Program-made: the position numbers and the translations under genes
Shown: positions 11,588-20,810 of the stretch, one piece after another
Layout: each line of letters starts with the position of its first letter
How positions within the stretch are numbered: position 1 is the stretch's first letter
The notes under the pieces: generated by a model
What the model was told of the DNA's origin: nothing
Databases searched by the model: none
What the model saw: only the letters and a program-made list of their open reading frames with translations
Source of the DNA: an uncultured cyanobacterium
GTDB lineage: Bacteria > Cyanobacteriota > Cyanobacteriia > Leptolyngbyales > Leptolyngbyaceae
Direction: 5' to 3'
Length of the DNA: 64,000 nucleotides
Assembly (NCBI GenBank): GCA_963766075.1
Contig: CAVYAN010000105.1
Location: forward strand, 42,764-106,763

Positions 11588-12843
11588 ATGTCTACCCAAC
11601 CTGAAGTCATTCTCCACAGCGCGTTGCTGCATCAATTGGTTTTAGACCGGGCCACGATGGAAGAAGTGGGGCGGATTGAGGCCGTGTGGATGTATGTGCC
11701 TGCCCATCGGGTGTTAGGCTTTATTTGCAAAGCGGGATTTTTGGGTCGGCAGAAGTTTGCCTTTAATCTATCCCAGTTGCACGCGATTGGGGGAACAGTA
11801 TTCTCGTCACGGGAGACGCCCAAGTCACGGATGGGGAAAAGGTGCGTCAGTTGGAATCCCTGGTGAATGCGGAGGTCTGGACCGATGCAGGCCGCAAAAT
11901 TGGCAAAATCACTGACTACCGTTTTGATCGGAACAGTGGCGAAGTGTCCGACTACTTGCTAACCACGAGTGGACTGAGTGCCGTGACCGATGGGGTGTAT
12001 CGCTTGCCACCCGGCAAAATTCTCAGTCTGGGACGGCGCGTGGTCGTGGAAACAGACACTGTGGATCAGCTAGAAATTTATCGGGAAGGAATTAAGCGCA
12101 AACTGGGGAAGGTGGGCGAGCTGTTACGGGAAGAGTATTCCCAGGTGACGGAGGAGGCTAAGTCCTTGACGCAGCAGGCCAAGTCGGTGACGCAGCGGAC
12201 CCGCGAGCGGATGCGATTGCTGGCAGAACAGGCAATTGAAACCTCCCAAACCCTCGCGGAGCAGGCCAAGGAAACCAGCCAACGCCTCGCGGAACAGGTG
12301 AAGGAGCAGGCAGAAATCCTAAGGGAAGAGCTGGCCGAAGATGTAGCAGCCAACCGCGATCGCGAAGCCGTCCATACTCCCCCCCCGGAAACCGATTGGC
12401 TGGAGGAGGACTGGGACATTGAAACGCCGCCAACCACCCCGCCAACTTACCAGCCGCCCGTAGTAAAATCCGTGCCTCCCGAGGCACCGCGATCGACAGA
12501 CAGGCATGAGTCGCCCCCCGTATCGCCAGAGGTGATGACCGATCGCGCTAGCAACAACGAGGGCGACAGTGACAGTTGGGACGATGGTTGGGACATTGAG
12601 ACGCCGCCACCTCAACCCTTGCCACCCCGCACGATTGATACCGTGGCCACGGTGACCACCGATTTTTCAGTACCTCTGCCGGATTCAATCTTGGAAGATG
12701 ACTTTTGGGATATTGAAACACCGCCGGAAACCCCGACCGTATTAAACTCTGGACCAGTCCCCTCAGAACCTTTGCCCTCAGAGCCAGTCCCCTCAGAGCC
12801 ATTACCCTCAGAACCCTTACCCTCAGAGCCATTACCTGATTGA
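11588..12843 (+). CDS. PRC-barrel domain protein with coiled coil and acidic Pro-rich tail; frameshift at G-run 11789-11793
   Basis: Two overlapping ORFs join into one protein if one G is added (...HAIGG-NSILVTGDAQVTDGEKVRQLESLVNAEVWTDAGRKIGKITDY). Confidence 0.75.
12752..12838 (+). repeat. 15-bp coding tandem repeat, (PSEP[L/V]) about five times
   Basis: CCCTCAGA(A/G)CC... units every 15 nt. Confidence 0.85.
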
Positions 12844-12848
12844 GTCAA

Positions 12849-13472
12849 CTACGTACTCAGCCAAGAGATCGCTAACCGAATCCACTCTTCCGCATTGGCC
12901 GTCTTGGAGAGGGTACTGCTTTGGCCAACGGCCTGGAGGGCCTTAGAAATTTCGCTGTTCGTATAGCCCAGCGCCAACAGAGTCATTTCCACATCTTCCT
13001 GGATATTCGCCACGGGGCCAGCGGTGGGGATGGTGCTTAGCCCAGCTTCCTGCCGCCATTCAGCCAGCTTGGTACGCAGTTCTAGCGCGATTCGTTCCGC
13101 CGTTTTTGCCCCCACTCCCGGCGTTTTGGCCAGAACACGGGTATTGCCCGCGACGATCGCTTGCACCAGATCATGCAGGCCCAGGGTGTCCAGCAAGGCC
13201 ATGGCTAACTGCGGCCCAATGCCGCTAACGCTGACCAATTGCCGAAATAAGTCCCGTTCCGCTGCAGTGCCAAACCCAAACAGGGTGACCTGATCCTCAC
13301 GCAAATTCAAATGGGTAAACACCTGGACAGCCTCACCCACCGATGGAAATTCCTGCATCAGGCGCGGTGTAATTTGCACGTCGTACCCAACATGGTTGAC
13401 ATCTAGAGTCAGGATGATGCGGTTATTACTTTTGAGATAGCTGGCAATGGAGCCTTTGAGGTAACCGATCAT
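12849..13472 (-). CDS. ruvA: Holliday junction branch migration protein RuvA
   Basis: MIGYLKG, HLNLREDQVTLFGF, VSGIGPQLA, PGVGAKTAERIALEL. Confidence 0.97.
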   Translation of the reverse strand: MIGYLKGSIASYLKSNNRIILTLDVNHVGYDVQITPRLMQEFPSVGEAVQVFTHLNLREDQVTLFGFGTAAERDLFRQLVSVSGIGPQLAMALLDTLGLHDLVQAIVAGNTRVLAKTPGVGAKTAERIALELRTKLAEWRQEAGLSTIPTAGPVANIQEDVEMTLLALGYTNSEISKALQAVGQSSTLSKTANAEEWIRLAISWLST

Positions 13473-13484
13473 GGGTGCAACCGC

Positions 13485-14231
13485 CTATAAAAAGCCGAAG
13501 TATTGTAGCCCTTCAATCATGCCAGCGGCGCAGTGCGCCGTAGCCAGATAGCGGTTGGATTGGGGATGGGCGTGGTGCCAGCGCAGCAGTTCGGGCAGGG
13601 CGTTGCCGACAATGATGCCAAACTCCGGACGATTGGCGAAGAGGGCGATGTCGTTGCCGGAGTCGCCACAGGCAATGGTGCGATCGCTGGGAATGCCCCA
13701 ATGGTCCCGCACGTAGGACATAGCCTTGCCCTTGTTGGCTTGGCTAGGCAGGATATCCAGGTCTTTATTGCCGCTGTAAATGAGTTGAATGTCGAGTCCG
13801 CATTCGCGCAGGGCCGATTTCAGTTGGGGCAGGATTTCTGTGGCCCGGTGAGGCGTAACCGTATAGCTGACTTTGAAAGGGCGCTGTTCCGAGTCAGGCT
13901 GGGGAATCAGGGCGGGGAAGTGGGAGGCAGTAGCAACCACCAGCTCTCGGTCCCATTGGTGATGCAGTGAATTTGACCAAGCCGGGTCAGGCTCGAGGGT
14001 TTGGGCGTGGTAGATTTCGGTGCCCACCGCCGTAATGAGGATATCGGGTTCAATCAGTTCTTTTTCTGTGGTGAGCTGTTGGTAGCTGGTGCGCGATCGC
14101 CCCGTGGTGTAGACAATCCGCGTGCCGTATTCCCAGCGGTGCCATTCCAGGTGGGCGTTCAGGTCTGCCATTGCTGCATCATCACCCACCAGGGTGTGGT
14201 CTAAGTCGGTGACGAGGAGAAAGGCTTTCAC
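13485..14231 (-). CDS. spp: Sucrose-phosphate phosphatase (HAD superfamily)
   Basis: LVTDLDHTLVGD, QRPFKVSY, ACGDSGND, GIIVGNA. Confidence 0.9.
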   Translation of the reverse strand: MKAFLLVTDLDHTLVGDDAAMADLNAHLEWHRWEYGTRIVYTTGRSRTSYQQLTTEKELIEPDILITAVGTEIYHAQTLEPDPAWSNSLHHQWDRELVVATASHFPALIPQPDSEQRPFKVSYTVTPHRATEILPQLKSALRECGLDIQLIYSGNKDLDILPSQANKGKAMSYVRDHWGIPSDRTIACGDSGNDIALFANRPEFGIIVGNALPELLRWHHAHPQSNRYLATAHCAAGMIEGLQYFGFL

Positions 14232-14383
14232 AAAGAGGGTACAGTAAACAGTCCAAAGTGTTTAATACCCTAGCAAAGGTCGTTAACAGAGCAGTGGAAG
14301 AGGATGTTTAGATTTTGGATTTTGGCGTCAGGTCTCTCGACGAATCACCCTAAACTGAAACAGTTCTTTCGTGTAGGCACTGC

Positions 14384-15754
14384 ATGATACCGGGGCTTCG
14401 GAAGAGGGTAGCGTGGTTTCCGCAACTGGACTATCAAGTCTGGATTTTGTCTCTGGGGCGATTGTTATCCCAAATGGGGTCGGGGTTTACGCTGTTTTAT
14501 GCCCCGATTTTCTTTGTGAATCAGGTGGGACTGTCGGCAACTCAGGTGGGATTGGGATTGGGCAGTGCGTCAATTTCAGGCGTGGTCGGTCGGTTTTTGG
14601 GTGGATCATGGAGCGATTCGCCTCAGTGGGGCCGCAAACGGGTCATTCTGCTAGCGGCGGTGGTGTCGGCGATCGCCTCCTTTGTCTTGGCTTTGGCCAC
14701 AGACTATCCCACGTTTGTGCTGGGAAATTTGCTGATGGGGCTGGGCATCGGACTCTATTGGCCGCCGATGGAAGCGCTGGTGGCGGATCTGACCCCGCCG
14801 GAGCAGCGGACAGAAGCCTATGCGATTTCGCGATTGTGCGACAGTTTGGGACTGGGCGTGGGCGTGGTGCTGGGTGGCATGCTGATTCGGCTGAGCGGGG
14901 CCTATCGGGCCTTGTTTACGATTGATGGAATTTCATTTTTGGTTTTGTTTGCCGTGGTGTATTGGGCGATCGCGAATACTCGGCCACCGGACAGTCAGCA
15001 TGGGACCGTTAGCGGTTGGCTTTTGGCCTTGGGCGATCGCCGATTGCTGATGTTTGCGATCGCCAACATTTTGTTCACCCTTTACCTCGTGCAGGTCAGC
15101 AGTACGATCCCGCTCTACTTCACCAATTTTTTGCCGGTGGCCGATGGCATAACAGCAGCGGGAGCCGCGCCCTCTGAGGTCATTGCGACAGGGGGCATGA
15201 CAGCCAGAACCACAGGCGCGGCAGTCACAGGCACAGGTGTGATGGCCGCAGCCAGCCATGGATTTTCGCCAATGATATTAAGCGCGCTGTTTACCTGGCA
15301 TTTAGCCGCTTCTGTCATCCTCCAAGTGCCCGCTGCCCGCATCCTCCGCCGATATGATCACACCGTTGGGCTAATCCTATCGGCAGGCTTTTGGGCACTG
15401 GGGTTTGGCGCGGTGTGGCTAACGGGCGTCGCGAGCGGGGGACAGTTAGTCTGGGCTGTCGCGGCGATGCTCATTTTGGCCCTGGGCACGGTGACCTATA
15501 TGCCAACGGCCTCGGCCATTGTGATTGACTTGGCCCCGGAATCGCTGCGCGGGGTGTATTTGGCGGTTAATTCCCAATGCTGGGCGATCGGCTATTTGAT
15601 TGGTCCACCCTTGGGAGGATGGGCGCTAGATCACTCTAAATCCACTGCGGATGGGTTTTGGTTAGGATTGGCAGCCAGCGTGGTCGGGGCGATCGGTGTT
15701 TTGCTAAGATTGCGCCGGATGATGGCCCATCCTGTGATTTCTAGGCATCCGTGA
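14384..15754 (+). CDS. MFS transporter
   Basis: Many hydrophobic helices; G..SD...GRK motif A. Confidence 0.9.
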   Translation: MIPGLRKRVAWFPQLDYQVWILSLGRLLSQMGSGFTLFYAPIFFVNQVGLSATQVGLGLGSASISGVVGRFLGGSWSDSPQWGRKRVILLAAVVSAIASFVLALATDYPTFVLGNLLMGLGIGLYWPPMEALVADLTPPEQRTEAYAISRLCDSLGLGVGVVLGGMLIRLSGAYRALFTIDGISFLVLFAVVYWAIANTRPPDSQHGTVSGWLLALGDRRLLMFAIANILFTLYLVQVSSTIPLYFTNFLPVADGITAAGAAPSEVIATGGMTARTTGAAVTGTGVMAAASHGFSPMILSALFTWHLAASVILQVPAARILRRYDHTVGLILSAGFWALGFGAVWLTGVASGGQLVWAVAAMLILALGTVTYMPTASAIVIDLAPESLRGVYLAVNSQCWAIGYLIGPPLGGWALDHSKSTADGFWLGLAASVVGAIGVLLRLRRMMAHPVISRHP

Positions 15755-15820
15755 TTTCTAGGTATCCGCAATTTCCAAGCATCCGCAATTTCCAAGCATC
15801 CATGATTTCCAGGCATCCGT
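15728..15820. repeat. About 17-bp degenerate tandem repeat, roughly five copies, spanning the MFS stop codon
   Basis: CATCCGTGATTTCTAGG / CATCCGCAATTTCCAAG units. Confidence 0.8.
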
Positions 15821-15929
15821 CAGCCCGAGTTCGGTTCTACCCACTCGCCGGTTTCGTTTTCCTAAGACACAATAGGAGCAACAAAGACCATTGCGATGCG
15901 CCATTTAGAGGCAGTAGAGGTTCCAAAAC

Positions 15930-16256
15930 GTGAACAACTCCAATCGAGTTCCGGAATACCTGGACGGGACAGCGGAAGCGGGCAATCAATTAATGAACTA
16001 TGTTCAGTCCCTCAGTCCAGATACCATTGCCCAATTGTCCCGTCCGGCATCCAAAGAGGCGTTTCAAGTCATGGAGCGCAATATTGTCGGATTATTAGGC
16101 GGACTACCCAGCGAAGAGTTCGATGTCACCATTACCACCAATCGAGAAAATTTGGGGCGACTGTTAGCATCGGCCATGATGAGTGGCTATTTTCTGCGGA
16201 ATGCGGAGCAGCGCATGGCGCTGGAGCATGCTGTACTGGGTGAACCGTCTCTCTAA
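15930..16256 (+). CDS. DUF760 domain protein
   Basis: NQLMNYVQSLSP, MERNIVGLLGGLP, LGRLLASAMMSGYFLRNAEQR. Confidence 0.88.
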   Translation: MNNSNRVPEYLDGTAEAGNQLMNYVQSLSPDTIAQLSRPASKEAFQVMERNIVGLLGGLPSEEFDVTITTNRENLGRLLASAMMSGYFLRNAEQRMALEHAVLGEPSL

Positions 16257-16268
16257 CCCTCATTCACC

Positions 16269-17393
16269 ATGCCTGCACAGCCAACATCGAAGTCGGTGGC
16301 CCAGTTTCCGGGGTTGCCGACTGAGCTATGGGCAGATTTACGCATCAGTTTACTGGACTGGTATGGCTTCCAGGGGCGGGATTTGCCTTGGCGCAGGACA
16401 CGAGATCCCTATGCGATCTGGATTTCGGAGATCATGCTGCAACAAACCCAGGTGAAGACGGTGCTGGCGTATTACGATCGCTGGCTGACGGCTTTTCCCA
16501 CGGTACAGGACTTGGCAGCGGCAGACCAGCAGCAGGTTTTGAAGCTGTGGCAGGGCTTGGGGTACTATGCCCGCGCCCGCAACCTGCATCGGACAGCCCA
16601 GGCCATCGTTCACCAGCATGGCGGCCAGTTTCCCCCGTCGATGGCAGAGGCAATGCAACTCCCCGGCATTGGCCGCACCACGGCGGGGGGAATTTTGAGT
16701 GCCGCTTTTGATCTGCCGGTGGCGATTTTAGATGGTAATGTAAAGCGGGTATTGGCACGGCTGACGGCATTGCCTGTACCGCCCGCCCAGGCGATCGCCC
16801 ATCTCTGGCAAATTTCAGAAGCCTTACTGGATCAGCGATCTCCGCGCGACTTCAACCAAGCCCTGATGGACTTGGGCGCAACGGTCTGCACACCCAAACA
16901 GCCCACCTGTTCAGCCTGTCCCTGGACTCCATTTTGTCAAGCCTACCAATTAGACATGCAATCGAATCTACCGATCAAAGAAACCCATAATCCGATTCCT
17001 CGCAAAATCATTGGTGTCGCCGTCATTTGGAATGAACAGCACCAAATTTTAATTGATCGCCGCAAACAAGAGGGCCTCTTGGGCGGACTGTGGGAATTCC
17101 CCGGTGGCAAAGTGGAAGCAGGCGAAACCATCCCCGACTGCATCAAACGCGAAATCCAAGAAGAACTCGCGATCTACATCGCTGTGGGCGATCATCTGAT
17201 CACCGTCGAACATGCCTATAGCCACTTTCGCGTTTCGCTGAACGTTTACCACTGTCGCTATCTCAGCGGTGAACCCCAAGCGATCGCCTGTGATGAAATT
17301 CGCTGGGTCACCCTGGCGGAAATCGATCAGTTTCCCTTTCCCACTGCCAATGTCAAAATCATTGAAGCGCTACGGCAAGAAATGCAAAATTAA
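16269..17393 (+). CDS. mutY: A/G-specific adenine glycosylase with C-terminal Nudix-like domain
   Basis: WISEIMLQQTQV, GLGYYARARNL, HhH-GPD, CxxxxxxCxxCxxxxxC, WEFPGGK. Confidence 0.97.
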   Translation: MPAQPTSKSVAQFPGLPTELWADLRISLLDWYGFQGRDLPWRRTRDPYAIWISEIMLQQTQVKTVLAYYDRWLTAFPTVQDLAAADQQQVLKLWQGLGYYARARNLHRTAQAIVHQHGGQFPPSMAEAMQLPGIGRTTAGGILSAAFDLPVAILDGNVKRVLARLTALPVPPAQAIAHLWQISEALLDQRSPRDFNQALMDLGATVCTPKQPTCSACPWTPFCQAYQLDMQSNLPIKETHNPIPRKIIGVAVIWNEQHQILIDRRKQEGLLGGLWEFPGGKVEAGETIPDCIKREIQEELAIYIAVGDHLITVEHAYSHFRVSLNVYHCRYLSGEPQAIACDEIRWVTLAEIDQFPFPTANVKIIEALRQEMQN

Positions 17394-17435
17394 AATGTGG
17401 CGATCGCCTCAAATCTTTAGTTTTTAATCTTTAAT

Positions 17436-18607
17436 TCAGCCAAACCGACTCGGTAATAACTGGGCCAGCAAATTATCGGGTTTTCCAGTCCTTGCCTGGG
17501 CCGCAAAGCGTTGGGCTAGGGGGGGCACGATCGCCCACGGATTGTTAAATCCTGAAAATACTTGCACCCCTTCGACGCCGGGGATAGATCCGATCAAGGG
17601 CAGGCGATCGCCGCTAAAGGCCACCAAACATTTCGACCATGTTCCCGGCAGAGTTTTGAGGGTGGGCATAATCCGACCAATGCTGTCTCGCAGCAGGGCT
17701 TCGCTGGCAGCGGCATCCACGGTGGCCTGGGGATCGGTCAATGTTCGACTAATTTGGCCAATGCGCAGGCGACCATCCGGCAACTGCACAACTCCCGCAT
17801 CAATGATGTATTCCGCCGCTTCCTGACCGGGCTCATCCCAAAGGGCATCATTTTGGGTGGCGGTAGCTTCCATGGCAAACCGGGCAGTGACGGCGGGCAT
17901 CACCAAGGTCTTCAGCCGGAAATCCACCGGCGGCGTATCGATCACTTCGGCATGGGTAAAGTAGGTGCGGACAGGAATCTCAGCATCATGCAGCAGCGAT
18001 CGCGTCCAGCCTCCGGCGCACACGACCACCTGTTCGCTGTAGAACGATTGCCCATCGGCAACGACTCCGGTGACCTGGGACGCATCGCCCCGCAGCAGCC
18101 CGGTGACGCGGCCCAATTGGTAGGTGCCCCCCGGCGCTGAAATGCCTGAAGATAGGCGCGGGTGGTGGCGATCGGATCGATGCGGCCATGCTTGACGGTG
18201 AGGGCAGCGGCGATCGCTCGGGGATTCAGCAACGGTTCCAGGGCACAGGCGGCGGCGACATCCAGCAGGCGGGGCGGCAGGGCAAAGTGGGCATAGGAGG
18301 CCGCAATGGCCTGGGGATCGGCATCTGCCGGAATGGTTAACAGCAGGTCGCCATCCACAAAATGAGTGGAAGCGGCCAATTCGTCACTCAGCGATCGGTG
18401 GCGCGCAATGCCTTCAGCGCAGAGCTGCCGGGTCAGCTCCGTCGTACCGGACCAGTAAGCAATGCCGCCGTAGCTATACCGGGTGGCACTGGGAAACTCT
18501 GCCGCCTGTTCCAGCAGCAACACCGAAAACCCCTGGCTGACCAGTTCATAGCTCAGCGCCGCCCCGGTCATCCCCGCGCCAATCACAATCCAGTCATAGG
18601 TGGCCAT
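17436..18607 (-). CDS. FAD-dependent oxidoreductase (DAO family); frameshift at C-run 18127-18132
   Basis: VIGAGMTG dinucleotide motif in ORF 17942-18607; one extra base joins it to ORF 17436-18116 (QRRGGTYQLGRVTG). Confidence 0.85.
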
Positions 18608-18799
18608 TACCCATTTCCTCGATACAACAATTCGAGCGATCGCCCCTGCTCTCTCCCCAGAATCAGACCGCAGCCTTCAGAGGCGTATCCGTATCTTCTA
18701 CTACATTCCAGACTGGGAATTGCTGAAACAATCGATTCACTTGTGACATGCACGTGACATTCTTATACCATGCATGTGGAATTCTTAGAGGAGTGAACG

Positions 18800-19987
18800 T
18801 TGAATACTAAGCGTCGTACCGTAATTCGAGGGTTGCTGGCCGCCGGGGCCTTTGGAGCCACATCAAAACTGTGGACAGGCTGCACCCCTGCACCCACGCC
18901 CCAGGCAGGCTCCGGCAGTCCCACCCCAGCCAATTCCCCTGCCGCAGGCAAGGAAATCGTCATGGGCTTCATCTATGTCGGTCCCAAGGACGACTATGGG
19001 TGGAACCAGGCGCACTTTGAAGGGAAGGAAGGCGTAGCCAAGCTCCCCGGTGTGAAAACCGTGGATCAGGCCAGTGTGCCGGAAACCAAGGATGTTCAGG
19101 AAGCCATGCTGAGCATGATCAACCAAGAGGGAGCCACGGTTATCTTCCCCACCTCCTTTGGCTATTTTGATCCCCATATTCTAGAGGTGGCCAAAGCCAA
19201 TCCGACGGTCCAGTTTTTCCACGCGGGTGGACTCTACGACGAAACCAAGCACCCCAAAAACGTGGGCAGCTATTTTGCCTATATTGACGAAGCGCAGTAC
19301 GTCGCGGGCATCGTCGCGGGCAACATGACGAAAAGCAACAAGCTGGGCTTTGTCGCGGCCAAGCCGATTCCCCAGGTGGTACGCAATATCAATAGCTTTA
19401 CCCTCGGGGCCAAGAGCGTCAATCCCAAAATCACGACGCAGGTGGTCTTTACCGGCGACTGGTCGCTGCCTGTGAAAGAAGCCGAAGCCGCGAACAGCAT
19501 GGCGGATCAGGGGGTTGATGTGATTACCTGCCACGTCGATAGTCCCAAGGTGGTGATCGAAACGGCGGAACGGCGTGGTATTTTCTGCACGGGCTATCAC
19601 ACCAACCAGATCAAGCTGGCTCCCAAGGGCTATTTGACCGGGGCTGAGTGGGATTGGTCCAGCATCTATACAACCTATGCCAAGCTGATTCAGGATGGCA
19701 AAACGCTGATGGATGGTGGGATTCCCCACTTGGTGCGGGGGGGCTACAAGGAAGGCTATGTGAAGGTTTCTGATTATGGTCCGGCGGTATCGGCAAAAGC
19801 CAAAACCGATGCGGAAGCGGCTAAGGCAAAGTTGAAGGATGAAACCCTGATCATTTACCAAGGACCGCTGAAGGATAATACGGGCAAGGAAGTGATTCCT
19901 GCGGGTAAGGGGTTCAAGCAAAAGGACACCGAACTGGAAAAGATGGATTGGCTTGTGGATGGGGTGCTGGGTAGCACCAAGAGTTAA
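18800..19987 (+). CDS. BMP family ABC transporter substrate-binding protein
   Basis: Tat-like KRRTVI signal with Cys; GFIYVGPKDDYGWNQAH; TSFGY. Confidence 0.9.
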   Translation: MNTKRRTVIRGLLAAGAFGATSKLWTGCTPAPTPQAGSGSPTPANSPAAGKEIVMGFIYVGPKDDYGWNQAHFEGKEGVAKLPGVKTVDQASVPETKDVQEAMLSMINQEGATVIFPTSFGYFDPHILEVAKANPTVQFFHAGGLYDETKHPKNVGSYFAYIDEAQYVAGIVAGNMTKSNKLGFVAAKPIPQVVRNINSFTLGAKSVNPKITTQVVFTGDWSLPVKEAEAANSMADQGVDVITCHVDSPKVVIETAERRGIFCTGYHTNQIKLAPKGYLTGAEWDWSSIYTTYAKLIQDGKTLMDGGIPHLVRGGYKEGYVKVSDYGPAVSAKAKTDAEAAKAKLKDETLIIYQGPLKDNTGKEVIPAGKGFKQKDTELEKMDWLVDGVLGSTKS

Positions 19988-20049
19988 TTAACTGATTGGT
20001 GATTAACTGATTGGCGATTAACTGATTGGCGTTTAACTGATTGACGATT
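19988..20049. repeat. 15-bp tandem repeat, four copies
   Basis: TTAACTGATTGG(T/C)GA-like units directly after the BMP stop codon. Confidence 0.9.
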
Positions 20050-20135
20050 GCGCAATTACATCGTGATTACATATCGTGATTGCATTACGTGTGCATTAGC
20101 GAATCAGTTCAAGATTCAGTTCAAGATAACGTGAC

Positions 20136-20167
20136 AAAAGATGGGTGCAGGAAACACCCATCTTTTT
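20136..20167 (+). terminator. Intrinsic terminator
   Basis: AAAAGATGGGTG-CAGGAAA-CACCCATCTTTTT. Confidence 0.85.
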
Positions 20168-20289
20168 GTTTGCGCAGCGCTGTGAAAACTTTGGCTACTC
20201 CCTACCCCTCAATAACTACACCGTTGTGGCAGTGCGCGCACTTTTGGTTTTTCTAAGTGATTTATCCACAGTGATTTATGCACGGTGAT

Positions 20290-20490
20290 TTATCCACGCC
20301 ACAGATATTCAGTGAGCTGTCGCCCGACCCGGCGCTCAACGACCGGATCGGCGGGCAAGTTCCAGCGGATGGATTGATAGAGCGAATGGCGATAGAGATC
20401 AAAGGCGGCTTCGATCAGTTCACCATAGGTGGTGGCAGCGGCGATCGCCCACCCATAGGCAAACCGCGCCGAGAATAGACCGAGGAGTGG
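20290..20490 (-). pseudogene. C-terminal remnant of a hypothetical, probably membrane, protein
   Basis: Protein-like segment FAYGWAIAAATTYGELIEAAFDLYRHSLYQSIRWNLPADPVVERRVGRQLTEYLWRG with no credible start. Confidence 0.55.
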
Positions 20491-20526
20491 CCACAGGCTC
20501 CAGAGCGTTCCAGACCATGGGAGTGG

Positions 20527-20665
20527 CAGCAAAAAATCCGAGTTGGTACTCAAGTCCTGCGAATTGCATCCATTGCCCTTTCTGTGGGTGGGGTTGCTAT
20601 TACCCGCAATCGCCGGGATTTTGAGCAGGTATCAGGTTTGTCGATCTGAGGACTGGTCGATCGCC
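20527..20665 (+). pseudogene. C-terminal remnant of a PIN/VapC toxin
   Basis: Reads [40 protein letters not shown], then EDWS in the shifted frame; resembles the PIN tail (DLxIAxIA...TRNxRDF...GLxIEDW). Confidence 0.8.
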
Positions 20666-20810
20666 TGCTGAGTTTGCCCGGAGTCGCAAATACGATGGGT
20701 CAATCGCCCCTTCCAACTATCCATATTGCTGAAAACCGCATAACCTCTCTGGGCTGAGAGGGATAAGTTAGCGGCGGGATGGTACTGTTGAGCTTAAGCG
20801 ACTGGAGGAT

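Noticed and set aside
15135..15260. Extra domain inside the MFS transporter
   Set aside because: Ala/Gly/Thr-rich low-complexity loop expansion, consistent with the local duplication tendency
19181..19921. Long antisense ORFs here and at 60668-61489, 34236-34868 and 22176-22658
   Set aside because: Shadows of real genes on the opposite strand produced by codon bias; no recognisable motifs
20257..20300. DnaA-box cluster (TTATCCACA plus two variants) suggesting an origin
   Set aside because: Explained by a 14-bp micro-duplication over the stop codon of a gene remnant; only one perfect box and no dnaA/dnaN context
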